Shown here in pieces: positions 13,001 through 28,570 of a DNA stretch of 64,000 nucleotides. Position numbers and translations under genes: made by a program. The stretch is from Paragordius varius. Lineage: Eukaryota; Animalia; Nematomorpha. How positions within the stretch are numbered: position 1 is the stretch's first letter; every line of letters starts with the position of its first letter. The notes beneath the pieces are model-generated. The model saw only the letters and a program-made list of their open reading frames with translations. It ran no database searches and was not told where the DNA came from. The stretch spans positions 13,144,001 through 13,208,000 of the forward strand of contig OZ176053.1 in NCBI GenBank assembly GCA_964247055.1, given 5' to 3'.

Positions 13001-14814
13001 CTAAGAGAATGTATAAAAAATAATTTTGTTCACCGGTGACCAATATCCGATTTTTAAGGACAAAGTTTAACTTGAGTATTGATGCGACTAGTTTAACACA
13101 TTAATTTTTAAAGTATCGTTGTAAAAATCGGATATGAAAGAGTTTGTCAAACTATCTCTATTATTTGATGTAGTCTTGCTAAGAGAATGTATAAAAAATT
13201 ATTTTGTTCACCGGTGACCAATATCCGATTTTTAAGGAGAAAGTTTAACTTGAGTGTTGATGCGATTGGTTTAATACCATAATTTTTAAAGTATCGTTGT
13301 ACAATCCGGATATGAAAGAGTTTGTCAAACTATCTCTATATTTTGATGTAGTCTTACTAAGAGAATGTATAAAAAATTATTTTGTTCACCGGGGACCAGT
13401 ATACGATTTTTAAGGACAAAGTTTAACTTGAGTATTGAAGCGACTTATTGATACGACTAGTTTTATACATAAATTTATAAAGTATCGTTGTAAAAATCGG
13501 ATATGAAAGAGTTTGTCAAACTATCTCTATTATTTGATGTAGTCCTACTAAGAGAATGTATAAAAAATAATTTTGTTCACCGGTGACCAATATCCGAATT
13601 TTAAGGACAAAGTTTAACTTGAGTATATGCGACTTATTGATACGACTAGTTTAACACATTAATTTTTAAAGTATCCTTGTAAAAATCGGATATGAAAAAG
13701 TTTGTCAAAATATCTCTATATTTTGATGTAGTCTTACTAAGAGAATGTATAAAAAATAATTTTGTTCACCGGTGACCAATATCCGATTTTTAAGGACAAA
13801 GTTTAACTTGAGTATTGATGCGACTTATTGATACGACTAGTTTTATACATTAATTTATAAAGTATCGTTGTGAAAATCGGATATGAAAGAGTTTATCAAA
13901 CTATCTCTATATTTTGATGTAGTCTTACTAAGAGAATGTATAAAAAATAATTTTGTTCACCGGTGACCAATATCCGATTTTTAAGGACAAAGTTTAACTT
14001 GAGTATTGATGCGACTTATTGATACGACTAGTTTTATACATTAATTTATAAAGTATTGTAGTAAAAATCGGATATGAAAGAGTTTGTCAAACTATCTCTA
14101 TATTTTGATGTAGTCTTGCTAAGAGAATGTATAAAAAATAATTTTGTTCACCGGTGACCAATATCCGATTTTTAAGGACAAAGTTTAACTTGAGTATTGA
14201 TGCGACTTATTGATACGACTAGTTTTATACATTAATTTATAAAGTATCGTTGTGAAAATCGGATATGAAAGAGTTTGTCAAACTATCTCTATATTTTGAT
14301 GTAGTCTTACTAAGAGAATGTATAAAAAATAATTTTGTTCACCGGTGACCAATATCCGATTTTTAAGGACAAAGTTTAACTTGAGTATTGATGCGACTAG
14401 TTTAATACATTAATTTTTAAAGTATCGTTGTGAAAATCGGATATGAAAGAGTTTGTCAAACTATCTCTATATTTTGATGTAGTCTTACTAAGAGAATGTA
14501 TAAAAAATAATTTTGTTCACCGGTGACCAATATCCGATTTTTAAGGACAAAGTTTAACTTGAGTATTGATGCGACTAGTTTAATACATTAATTTTTAAAG
14601 TATCGTTGTAAAAATCGGATATGAAAGAGTTTGCCAAACTATCTCTATATTTTGATGTAGTCCTACTAAGAGAATGTATAAAAAATAATTTTGTTCACCG
14701 GTGACCAATATCCGATTTTTAAGGACAAAGTTTAACTTGAGTATTGATGCGACTTATTGATACGACTAGTTTAACACATTAATTTTTAAAGTATCGTTGT
14801 AAAAATCGGATATG

Positions 14815-17800
14815 AAAGAGTTTGTCAAAATATCTCTATATTTTGATGTAGTCTTGCTAAGAGAATGTATAAAAAATAATTTTGTTCACCGGTGACCAAT
14901 ATCCGATTTTTAAGGACAAAGTTTAACTTGAGTATTGATGCGACTTATTGATACGACTAGTTTTATACATTAATTTATAAAGTATCGTTGTAAAAATCGG
15001 ATATGAAAGAGTTTGTCAAACTATCTCTATTATTTGATGTAGTCTTGCTAAGAGAATGTATAAAAAATTATTTTGTTCACCGGTGACCAATATCCGATTT
15101 TTAAGGACAAAGTTTAACTTGAGTGTTGATGCGACTGGTTTAATACCATAATTTTTAAAGTATCGTTGTACAATCCGGATATGAAAGAGTTTGTCAAACT
15201 ATCTCTATATTTTGATGTAGTCTTACTAAGAGAATGTATAAAAAATTATTTTGTTCACCGGGGACCAGTATCCGATTTTTAAGGACAAAGTTTAACTTGA
15301 GTATTGATGCGACTTATTGATACGACTAGTTTTATACATAAATTTATAAAGTATCGTTGTAAAAATCGGATATGAAAGAGTTTGTCAAACTATCTCTATT
15401 ATTTGATGTAGTCCTACTAAGAGAATGTATAAAAAATAATTTTGTTCACCGGTGACCAATATCCGATTTTTAAGGACAAAGTTTAACTTGAGTATATGCG
15501 ACTTATTGATACGACTAGTTTAACACATTAATTTTTAAAGTATCGTTGTAAAAATCGGATATGAAAAAGTTTGTCAAAATATCTCTATATTTTGATGTAG
15601 TCTTACTAAGAGAATGTATAAAAAATAATTTTGTTCACCGGTGACCAATATCCGATTTTTAAGGACAAAGTTTAACTTGAGTATTGATGCGACTTATTGA
15701 TACGACTAGTTTTATACATTAATTTATAAAGTATCGTTGTGAAAATCGGATATGAAAGAGTTTATCAAACTATCTCTATATTTTGATGTAGTCTTACTAA
15801 GAGAATGTATAAAAAATAATTTTGTTCACCGGTGACCAATATCCGATTTTTAAGGACAAAGTTTAACTTGAGTATTGATGCGACATATTGATACGACTAG
15901 TTTTATACATTAATTTATAAAGTATTGTAGTAAAAATCGGATATGAAAGAGTTTGTCAAACTATCTCTATATTTTGATGTAGTCTTGCTAAGAGAATGTA
16001 TAAAAAATAATTTTGTTCACCGGTGACCAATATCCGATTTTTAAGGACAAAGTTTAACCTGAGTATTGATGCGACTTATTGATACGACTAGTTTTATACA
16101 TTAATTTATAAAGTATCGTTGTGAAAATCGGATATGAAAGAGTTTGTCAAACTATCTCTATATTTTGATGTAGTCTTACTAAGAGAATGTATAAAAAATA
16201 ATTTTGTTCACCGGTGACCAATATCCGATTTTTAAGGACAAAGTTTAACTTGAGTATTGATGCGACTAGTTTAATACATTAATTTTTAAAGTATCGTTGT
16301 AAAAATCGGATATGAAAGAGTTTGCCAAACTATCTCTATATTTTGATGTAGTCCTACTAAGAGAATGTATAAAAAATAATTTTGTTCACCGGTGACCAAT
16401 ATCCGATTTTTAAGGACAAAGTTTAACTTGAGTATATGCGACTTATTGATACGACTAGTTTAACACATTAATTTTTAAAGTATCGTTGTAAAAATCGGAT
16501 ATGAAAAAGTTTGTCAAAATATCTCTATATTTTGATGTAGTCTTACTAAGAGAATGTATAAAAAATAATTTTGTTCACCGGTGACCAATATCCGATTTTT
16601 AAGGACAAAGTTTAACTTGAGTATTGATGCGACTTATTGATACGACTAGTTTTATACATTAATTTATAAAGTATCGTTGTGAAAATCGGATATGAAAGAG
16701 TTTATCAAACTATCTCTATATTTTGATGTAGTCTTACTAAGAGAATGTATAAAAAATAATTTTGTTCACCGGTGACCAATATCCGATTTTTAAGGACAAA
16801 GTTTAAGTTGAGTATTGATGCGACTTATTGATACGACTAGTTTTATACATTAATTTATAAAGTATTGTAGTAAAAATCGGATATGAAAGAGTTTGTCAAA
16901 CTATCTCTATATTTTGATGTAGTCTTGCTAAGAGAATGTATAAAAAATAATTTTGTTCACCGGTGACCAATATCCGATTTTTAAGGACAAAGTTTAACTT
17001 GAGTATTGATGCGACTTATTGATACGACTAGTTTTATACATTAATTTATAAAGTATCGTTGTGAAAATCGGATATGAAAGAGTTTGTCAAACTATCTCTA
17101 TATTTTGATGTAGTCTTACTAAGAGAATGTATAAAATATAATTTTGTTCACCGGTGACCAATATCCGATTTTTAAGGACAAAGTTTAACTTGAGTATTGA
17201 TGCGACTAGTTTAATACATTAATTTTTAAAGTATCGTTGTAAAAATCGGATATGAAAGAGTTTGCCAAACTATCTCTATATTTTGATGTAGTCTTGCTAA
17301 GAGAATGTATAAAAAATAATTTTGTTCACCGGTGACCAATATCCGATTTTTAAGGACAAAGTTTAACTTGAGTATTGATGCGACTTATTGATACGACTAG
17401 TTTTATACATTAATTTATAAAGTATCGTTGTGAAAATCGGATATGAAAGAGTTTGTCAAAATATCTCTATATTTTGATGTAGTCTTGCTAAGAGAATGTA
17501 TAAAAAATAATTTTGTTCACCGGTGACCAATATCCGATTTTTAAGGACAAAGTTTAACTTGAGTATTGATGCGACTTATTGATACGACTAGTTTTATACA
17601 TTAATTTATAAAGTATCGTTGTAAAAATCGGATATGAAAGAGTTTGTCAAACTATCTCTATTATTTGATGTAGTCTTGCTAAGAGAATGTATAAAAAATT
17701 ATTTTGTTCACCGGTGACCAATATCCGATTTTTAAGGACAAAGTTTAACTTGAGTGTTGATGCGACTGGTTTAATACCATAATTTTTAAAGTATCGTTGT

Positions 17801-19656
17801 ACAATCCGGATATGAAAGAGTTTGTCAAACTATCTCTATATTTTGATGTAGTCTTACTAAGAGAATGTATAAAAAATTATTTTGTTCACCGGGGACCAGT
17901 ATCCGATTTTTAAGGACAAAGTTTAACTTGAGTATTGATGCGACTTATTGATACGACTAGTTTTATACATAAATTTATAAAGTATCGTTGTAAAAATCGG
18001 ATATGAAAGAGTTTGTCAAACTATCTCTATTATTTGATGTAGTCCTACTAAGAGAATGTATAAAAAATAATTTTGTTCACCGGTGACCAATATCCGATTT
18101 TTAAGGACAAAGTTTAACTTGAGTATATGCGACTTATTGATACGACTAGTTTAACACATTAATTTTTAAAGTATCGTTGTAAAAATCGGATATGAAAAAG
18201 TTTGTCAAAATATCTCTATATTTTGATGTAGTCTTACTAAGAGAATGTATAAAAAATAATTTTGTTCACCGGTGACCAATATCCGATTTTTAAGGACAAA
18301 GTTTAACTTGAGTATTGATGCGACTTATTGATACGACTAGTTTTATACATTAATTTATAAAGTATCGTTGTGAAAATCGGATATGAAAGAGTTTATCAAA
18401 CTATCTCTATATTTTGATGTAGTCTTACTAAGAGAATGTATAAAAAATAATTTTGTTCACCGGTGACCAATATCCGATTTTTAAGGACAAAGTTTAACTT
18501 GAGTATTGATGCGACTTATTGATACGACTAGTTTTATACATTAATTTATAAAGTATTGTAGTAAAAATCGGATATGAAAGAGTTTGTCAAACTATCTCTA
18601 TATTTTGATGTAGTCTTGCTAAGAGAATGTATAAAAAATAATTTTGTTCACCGGTGACCAATATCCGATTTTTAAGGACAAAGTTTAACCTGAGTATTGA
18701 TGCGACTTATTGATACGACTAGTTTTATACATTAATTTATAAAGTATCGTTGTGAAAATCGGATATGAAAGAGTTTGTCAAACTATCTCTATATTTTGAT
18801 GTAGTCTTACTAAGAGAATGTATAAAAAATAATTTTGTTCACCGGTGACCAATATCCGATTTTTAAGGACAAAGTTTAACTTGAGTATTGATGCGACTAG
18901 TTTAATACATTAATTTTTAAAGTATCGTTGTAAAAATCGGATATGAAAGAGTTTGCCAAACTATCTCTATATTTTGATGTAGTCCTACTAAGAGAATGTA
19001 TAAAAAATAATTTTGTTCACCGGTGACCAATATCCGATTTTTAAGGACAAAGTTTAACTTGAGTATATGCGACTTATTGATACGACTAGTTTAACACATT
19101 AATTTTTAAAGTATCGTTGTAAAAATCGGATATGAAAAAGTTTGTCAAAATATCTCTATATTTTGATGTAGTCTTACTAAGAGAATGTATAAAAAATAAT
19201 TTTGTTCACCGGTGACCAATATCCGATTTTTAAGGACAAAGTTTAACTTGAGTATTGATGCGACTTATTGATACGACTAGTTTTATACATTAATTTATAA
19301 AGTATCGTTGTGAAAATCGGATATGAAAGAGTTTATCAAACTATCTCTATATTTTGATGTAGTCTTACTAAGAGAATGTATAAAAAATAATTTTGTTCAC
19401 CGGTGACCAATATCCGATTTTTAAGGACAAAGTTTAAGTTGAGTATTGATGCGACTTATTGATACGACTAGTTTTATACATTAATTTATAAAGTATTGTA
19501 GTAAAAATCGGATATGAAAGAGTTTGTCAAACTATCTCTATATTTTGATGTAGTCTTGCTAAGAGAATGTATAAAAAATAATTTTGTTCACCGGTGACCA
19601 ATATCCGATTTTTAAGGACAAAGTTTAACTTGAGTATTGATGCGACTTATTGATAC
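14815..19656 (+). repeat. Tandem higher-order repeat, 14 monomers, period 2631 bp, with an internal 940-bp 5-mer
   Basis: GAGTGTTG at 15121/17752 and AACCT at 16056/18687. 11 long plus 3 short monomers minus 4 bp equals 2631. Confidence 0.9.
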
Positions 19657-22600
19657 GATTAGTTTTATACATTAATTTATAAACTATTGTTGTAATAATC
19701 GGATATGAAAGAGTTTGTCAAACTATCACTATATTTTGATGTAGTCTTATTAAGAGAATGTATAAAAAATAATTTTGTTCACCGGTGACCAATATCCGAT
19801 TTTTAAGGACAAAGTTTAACTTGAGTATTGATGCGACTAGTTTAATACATTAATTTTTAAAGTATCGTTGTAAAAATCGGATATGAAAGAGTTTGCCAAA
19901 CTATCACTATATTTTGATGTAGTCTTATTAAGAGAATGTATAAAAAATAATTTTGTTCACCGGTGACCAATATCCGATTTTTAAGGACAAAGTTTAACTT
20001 GAGTATTGATGCGACTAGTTTAACACATTAATTTTTAAAGTATCGGTGTAAAAATCGGATATGAAAGAGTTTGTCAAACTATCTCTATATTTTGATGTAG
20101 TCTTACTAAGAGAATGTATAAAAAATAATTTTGTTCACTGGTGACCAATATCCGATTTTTAAGGACAAAGTTTAACTTGAGTATTGATGCGACTGGTTAT
20201 ACCATAATTTTTAAAGTATCGTTGTAAAAATCGGATATGAAAGAGTTTGCCAAACTATCTCTATATTTTGATGTAGTCCTACTAAGAGAATGTATAAAAA
20301 ATAATTTTGTTCACCGGTGACCAATATCCGATTTTTAAGGACAAAGTTTAACTTGAGTATTGATGCGACTAGTTTAATACATTAATTTTTAAAGTATCGT
20401 TGTAAAAATCGGATATGAAAGAGTTTGCCAAACTATCTCTATATTTTGATGTAGTCCTACTAAGAGAATGTATAAAAAATAATTTTGTTCACCGGTGACC
20501 AATATCCGATTTTTAAGGACAAAGTTTAACTTGAGTATTGATGCGATTTATTGATACGACTAGTTTTATACATTAATTTTTAAAGTATCATTGTAAAAAT
20601 CGGATATGAAAGAGTTTGTCAAACTATCTCTATATTTTGATGTAGTCTTACTAAGAGAATGTATAAAAAATAATTTTGTTCACTGGTGACCAATATCCGA
20701 TTTTTAAGGACAAAGTTTAACTTGAGTATTGATGCGACTAGTTTAATACATTAATTTTTAAAGTATCGTTGTAAAAATCGGATATGAAAGAGTTTGCCAA
20801 ACTATCTCTATATTTTGATGTAGTCCTACTAAGAGAATGTATAAAAAATAATTTTGTTCACCGGTGACCAATATCCGATTTTTAAGGACAAAGTTTAACT
20901 TGAGTATTGATGCGATTTATTGATACGACTAGTTTTATACATTAATTTTTAAAGTATCATTGTAAAAATCGGATATGAAAGAGTTTGTCAAACTATCACT
21001 ATATTTTGATGTAGTCTTATTAAGAGAATGTATAAAAAATAATTTTGTTCACCGGTGACCAATATCCGATTTTTAAGGACAAAGTTTAACTTGAGTATTG
21101 ATGCGACTTATTGATACGACTAGTTTTATACATTAATTTATAAAGTATCGTTGTGAAAATCGGATATGAAAGAGTTGGTCAAACTATCTCTATATTTTGA
21201 TATAGTCTTACTAAGAGAATGTATAAAAAATAATTTTGTTCACCGGTGACCAATATCCGATTTTTAAGGACAAAGTTTAACTTGAGTATTGATGCGACTT
21301 ATTGATACGACTAGTTTTATACATTAATTTATAAAGTATCGTTGTGAAAATCGGATATGAAAGAGTTTGTCAAACTATCTCTATATTTTGATGTAGTCTT
21401 ACTAAGAGAATGTATAAAAAATAATTTTGTTCACCGGTGACCAATATCCGATTTTTAAGGACAAAGTTTAACTTGAGTATTGATGCGACTAGTTTAATAC
21501 ATTAATTTTTAAAGTATCGTTGTAAAAATCGGATATGAAAGAGTTTGCCAAACTATCTCTATATTTTGATGTAGTCCTACTAAGAGAATGTATAAAAAAT
21601 AATTTTGTTCACCGGTGACCAATATCCGATTTTTAAGGACAAAGTTTAATATGAGTATTGATGCGATTTATTGATACGACTAGTTTTATACATTAATTTT
21701 TAAAGTATCATTGTAAAAATCGGATATGAAAGAGTTTGTCAAACTATCACTATATTTTGATGTAGTCTTACTAAGAGAATGTATGAAAAATAATTTTGTT
21801 CACCGGTGACCAATATCCGATTTTTAAGGACAAAGTTTAACTTGAGTATTGATGCGACTTATTGATACGACTAGTTTTATACATTAATTTATAAAGTATC
21901 GTTGTGAAAATCGGATATGAAAGAGTTTGTCAAACTATTACTATATTTTGATGTAGTCTTACTAAGAGAATGTATAAAAAATTATTTTGTTCACCGGTGA
22001 CCAATATCCGATTTTTAAGGGCAAAGTTTAACTTGAGTAATCATGCGACTAGTTTAACACATTAATTTTTAAAGTATCGTTGTAAAAATCGGATATGAAA
22101 GAGTTTGTCAAACATCTCTATATTTTGATGTAGTCTTACTAAGAGAATGTATAAAAAATAATTTTGTTCACCGGTGACCAATATCCGATTTTTAAGGACA
22201 AAGTTTAACTTGAGTATTGATGCGACTAGTTTAACACATTAATTTTTAAAGTATCGGTGTAAAAATCGGATATGAAAGAGTTTGTCAAACTATCTCTATA
22301 TTTTGATGTAGTCTTACTAAGAGAATGTATAAAAAATAATTTTGTTCACTGGTGACCAATATCCGATTTTTAAGGACAAAGTTTAACTTGAGTATTGATG
22401 CGACTGGTTATACCATAATTTTTAAAGTATCGTTGTAAAAATCGGATATGAAAGAGTTTGTCAAACTATTTCTATATTTTGATGTAGTCTTACTAAGAGA
22501 ATGTATAAAAGATTATTTTGTTCACCGGTGACCAATATCCGATTTTTAAGGACAAAGTTTAACTTGAGTATTGATGCGACTTATTGATACGACTAGTTTT

Positions 22601-25600
22601 ATACATTAATTTATAAAGTATCGTTGTAAAAATCGGATATGAAAGAGTTTGTCAAACTATCTCTATTATTTGATGTAGTCTTGCTAAGAGAATGTATAAA
22701 AAATTATTTTGTGCACCGGTGACCAATATCCGATTTTTAAGGACAAAGTTTAACTTGAGTATTGATGCGACTAGTTTAATACATTAATTTTTAAAGTATC
22801 GTTGTAAAAATCGGATATGAAAGAGTTTGTCAAACTATCTCTATATTTTGATGTAGTCTTACTAAGAGAATGTATAAAAAATTATTTTGTTCACCGGGGA
22901 CCAATATCCGATTTTTAAGGATAAGTTTAACTTGAGTATTGATGCGACTTATTGATACGACTAGTTTTATACATTAATTTATAAAGTATCGTTGTAAAAA
23001 TCGGATATGAAAGAGTTTGTCAAACTATCTCTATTATTTGATGTAGTCTTACTAAGAGAATGTATAAAAAATAATTTTGTTCACCGGTGACCAATATCCG
23101 ATTTTTAAGGACAAAGTTTAACTTGAGTATTGATGCGACTAGTTTAATACATTAATTTTTAAAGTATCGTTGTAAAAATCGGATATGGAAAGAGTTTGTC
23201 AAACTATCTCTATATTTTGATGTAGTCTTACTAAGAGAATGTATAAAAAATTATTTTGTTCACCGGTGACCAATATCCGATTTTTAAGGACAAAGTTTAA
23301 CTTCAGTATTGATGCGACTTATTGATACGATTAGTTTTATACATTAATTTATAAAGTATTGTTGTAATAATCGGATATGAAAGAGTTTGTCAAACTATCT
23401 CTATTATTTGATGTAGTCTTGCTAAGAGAATGTATAAAAAATTATTTTGTTCACCGGTGACCAATATCCGATTTTTAAGGACAAAGTTTAACTTGAGTAT
23501 TGATGCGACTAGTTTAATACATTAATTTTTAAAGTATCGTTGTAAAAATCGGATATGGAAAGAGTTTGTCAAACTATCTCTATATTTTGATGTAGTCTTA
23601 CTAAGAGAATGTATAAAAAATTATTTTGTTCACCGGTGACCAATATCCGATTTTTAAGGACAAAGTTTAACTTGAGTATTGATGCGACTAGTTTAACACA
23701 TTAATTTTTAAAGTATCGTTGTAAAAATCGGATATGAAAGAGTTTGTCAAACTATCTCTATATTTTGATGTAGTCTTACTAAGAGAATGTATAAAAAATA
23801 ATTTTTTTCACCGGTGACCAATATCCGATTTTTAAGGACAAAGTTTAACTTGAGTATTGATACGATTTATTGATACGACTAGTTTTATACATTAATTTTT
23901 AAAGTATCGTTGTAAAAATCGGATATGAAAGAGTTTGTCAAACTATCTCTATATTTTGATGTAGTCTTACTAAGAGAATGTATAAAAAATAATTTTGTTC
24001 ACCGGTGACCAATATCCGATTTTTAAGGACAAAGTTTAACTTGAGTATTGATGCGACTAGTTTAACACATTAATTTTTAAAGTATCGTTGTAAAAATCGG
24101 ATATGAAAGAGTTTGTCAAACTATCTCTATATTTTGATGTAGTCTTACTAAGAGAATGTATAAAAAATTATTTTGTTCACCGGGGACCAATATCCGATTT
24201 TTAAGGACAAAGTTTAACTTGAGTATTGATGCGACTAGTTTAACACATTAATTTTTAAAGTATCGTTGTAAAAATCGGATATGAAAGAGTTTGTCAAACT
24301 ATCTCTATATTTTGATGTAGTCTTTCTAAGAGAATGTATAAAAAATAATTTTGTTCACCGGTGACCAATATCCGATTTTTAAGGACAAAGTTTAACTTGA
24401 GTATTGATACGATTTATTGATACGACTAGTTTTATACATAATTTTTAAAGTATCGTTGTAAAAATCGGATATGAAAGAGTTTGTCAAACTATCTCTATAT
24501 TTTGATGTAGTCTTACTAAGAGAATGTATAAAAAATAATTTTTTTTACCGGTGACCAATATCCGATTTTTAAGGACAAAGTTTAACTTGAGTATTGATGC
24601 GACTAGTTTAACACATTAATTTTTAAAGTATCGTTGTAAAAATCGGATATGAAAGAGTTTGTCAAACTATCTCTATATTTTGATGTAGTCTTACTAAGAG
24701 AATGTATAAAAAATTATTTTGTTCACCGGGGACCAATATCCGATTTTTAAGGACAAAGTTTAACTTGAGTAATCATGCGACTAATTTTATACATTAATTT
24801 TTAAAGTATTGTTGTAAAAATCGGACATGAAAGAGTTTGCCAAACTATCTCTATATATATATGTAGTCCTACTAAGAGAATGTATAAAAAAAATTTTGTT
24901 CACCGGTGACCAATATCCGATTTTTAAGGACAATTTAACTTGAGTATTGATGCGACTTATTGATACGACTAGTTTTATACATTAATACATAAAGTATCGT
25001 TGTAAAAATCGGATATGAAAGAGTTTGTCAAACTATCTCTATTATTTGATGTAGTCTTGCTAAGAAAATGTATAAAAAATTATTTTGTTCACCGGTGACC
25101 AATATCCGATTTTTAAGGACAAAGTTTAACTTGATAATTGATGCGACTAGTTTAATACCATAATTTTTAAAGTATCGTTGTACAATCCGGATATGAAAGA
25201 GTTTGTCAAACTATCTCTATATTTTGATGTAGTCTTACTAAGAGAATGTATAAAAAATTATTTTTTTCACCGGTGACCAATATCCGATTTATAAGGACAA
25301 AGTTTAACTTCAGTATTGATGCGACTTATTGATACGATTAGTTTTATACATTAATTTATAAAGTATTGTTGTAATAATCGGATATGAAAGAGTTTGTCAA
25401 ACTATCTCTATTATTTGATGTAGTCTTGCTAAGAGAATGTATAAAAAATTATTTTGTTCACCGGTGACCAATATCCGATTTTTAAGGACAAAGTTTAACT
25501 TGAGTATTGATGCGACTAGTTTAACACATTAATTTTTAAAGTATCGTTGTAAAAATCGGATATGAAAGAGTTTGTCAAACTATCTCTATATTTTGATGTA

Positions 25601-25636
25601 GTCTTACTAAGAGAATGTATAAAAAATTATTTTGTT

Positions 25637-28570
25637 CACCGGGGACCAAAATCCGATTTTTAAGGACAAAGTTTAACTTGAGTATTGATGCGACTTATTG
25701 ATACGACTAGTTTTATACATAAATTTATAAAGTATCGTTTTTAAAAATCGGATATGAAAGAGTTTGTCAAACTATCTCTATTATTTGATGTAGTCTTGCT
25801 AAGAGAATGTATAAAAAATAATTTTGTTCACCGGTGACCAATATCCGATTTTTAAGGACAAAGTTTAACTTGAGTATTGATGCGACTTATTGAGACTAGT
25901 TTTATACATTAATTTTTAAAGTATCGTTGTAAAAATCGGATATGAAAGAGTTTGTCAAACTATCTCTATATTTTGATGTAGTCTTACTAAGAGAATGTAT
26001 AAAAAATAATTTTGTTCACCGGTGACCAATATCCGATTTTTAAGGACAAAGTTTAACTTGAGTATTGATGCGACTAGTTTAACACATTAATTTTTAAAGT
26101 ATCGTTGTAAAAATCGGATATGAAAGAGTTTGTCAAACTATCTCTATATTTTGATGTAGTCTTACTAAGAGAATGTATAAAAAATTATTTTGTTCACCGG
26201 GGACCAAAATCCGATTTTTAAGGACAAAGTTTAACTTGAGTATTGATGCGACTTATTGATACGACTAGTTTTATACATAAATTTATAAAGTATCGTTTTT
26301 AAAAATCGGATATGAAAGAGTTTGTCAAACTATCTCTATTATTTGATGTAGTCTTGCTAAGAGAATGTATAAAAAATAATTTTGTTCACCGGTGACCAAT
26401 ATCCGATTTTTAAGGACAAAGTTTAACTTGAGTATTGATGCGACTTATTGAGACTAGTTTTATACATTAATTTTTAAAGTATCGTTGTAAAAATCGGATA
26501 TGAAAGAGTTTGTCAAACTATCTCTATATTTTGATGTAGTCTTACTAAGAGAATGTATAAAAAATAATTTTGTTCACCGGTGACCAATATCCGATTTTTA
26601 AGGACAAAGTTTAACTTGAGTATTGATGCGACTAGTTTAACACATTAATTTTTAAAGTATCGTTGTAAAAATCGGATATGAAAGAGTTTGTCAAACTATC
26701 TCTATATTTTGATGTAGTCTTACTAAGAGAATGTATAAAAAATTATTTTGTTCACCGGGGACCAATATCCGATTTTTAAGGACAAAGTTTAACTTGAGTA
26801 ATCATGCGACTAATTTTATACATTAATTTTTAAAGTATTGTTGTAAAAATCGGATATGAAAGAGTTTGCCAAACTATCTCTATATATATATGTAGTCCTA
26901 CTAAGAGAATGTATAAAAAAAATTTTGTTCACCGGTGACCAATATCCGATTTTTAAGGACAAAGTTTAACTTGAGTATTGATGCGACTTATTGATACGAC
27001 TAGTTTTATACATTAATACATAAAGTATCGTTGTAAAAATCGGATATGAAAGAGTTCGTCAAACTATCTCTATTATTTGATGTAGTCTTGCTAAGAGAAT
27101 GTATAAAAAATAATTTTGTTCACCGGTGACCAATATCCGATTTTTAAGGACAAAGTTTAACTTGAGTATTGATGCGACTAGTTTAAGACATTAATTTTTA
27201 AAGTATCGTTGTAAAAATCGGATATGAAAGAGTTTGTCAAACTATCTCTATATTTTGATGTAGTCTTACTAAGAGAATGTATAAAAAATTATTTTGTTCA
27301 CCGGGGACCAATATCCGATTTTTAAGGACAAAGTTTAACTTGAGTAATCATGCGACTAATTTTATACATTAATTTTTAAAGTATTGTTGTAAAAATCGGA
27401 TATGAAAGAGTTTGCCAAACTATCTCTATATATATATGTAGTCCTACTAAGAGAATGTATAAAAAAAATTTTGTTCACCGGTGACCAATATCCGATTTTT
27501 AAGGACAAAGTTTAACTTGAGTATTGATGCGACTTATTGATACGACTAGTTTTATACATTAATACATAAAGTATCGTTGTAAAAATCGGATATGAAAGAG
27601 TTTGTCAAACTATCTCTATTATTTGATGTAGTCTTGCTAAGAGAATGTATAAAAAATTATTTTGTTCACCGGGGACCAATATCCGATTTTTAAGGACAAA
27701 GTTTAACTTGAGTATTGATGCGACTAGTTTAACACATTAATTTTTAAAGTATCGTTGTAAAAATCGGATATGAAAGAGTTTGTCAAACTATCTCTATATT
27801 TTGATGTAGTCTTACTAAGAGAATGTATAAAAAATTATTTTGTTCACCGGGGACCAATATCCGATTTTTAAGGACAAAGTTTAACTTGAGTAATCATGCG
27901 ACTAATTTAATACATTAATTTTTAAAGTATTGTTGTAAAAATCGGATATGAAAGAGTTTGCCAAACTATCTCTATATATATATGTAGTCCTACTAAGAGA
28001 ATGTATAAAAAAAATTTTGTTCACCGGTGACCAATATCCGATTTTTAAGGACAAAGTTTAACTTGAGTATTGATGCGACTTATTGATACGACTAGTTTTA
28101 TACATTAATACATAAAGTATCGTTGTAAAAATCGGATATGAAAGAGTTTGTCAAACTATCTCTATTATTTGATGTAGTCTTGCTAAGAGAATGTATAAAA
28201 AATAATTTTGTTCACCGGTGACCAATATCCGATTTTTAAGGACAAAGTTTAACTTGAGTATTGATGCGACTAGTTTAACACATTAATTTTTAAAGTATCG
28301 TTGTAAAAATCGGATATGAAAGAGTTTGTCAAACTATCTCTATATTTTGATGTAGTCTTACTAAGAGAATGTATAAAAAATTATTTTGTTCACCGGGGAC
28401 CAATATCCGATTTTTAAGGACAAAGTTTAACTTGAGTAATCATGCGACTAATTTTATACATTAATTTTTAAAGTATTGTTGTAAAAATCGGATATGAAAG
28501 AGTTTGCCAAACTATCTCTATATTTTGATGTAGTCTTACTAAGAGAATGTATAAAAAAAATTTTGTTCAC
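25637..28570 (+). repeat. Short trimeric HORs: 558 bp x2 followed by 546 bp x3
   Basis: Anchors at 25637/26195/26753, then 26753/27299/27845/28391, each with matching private variants. Confidence 0.88.
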
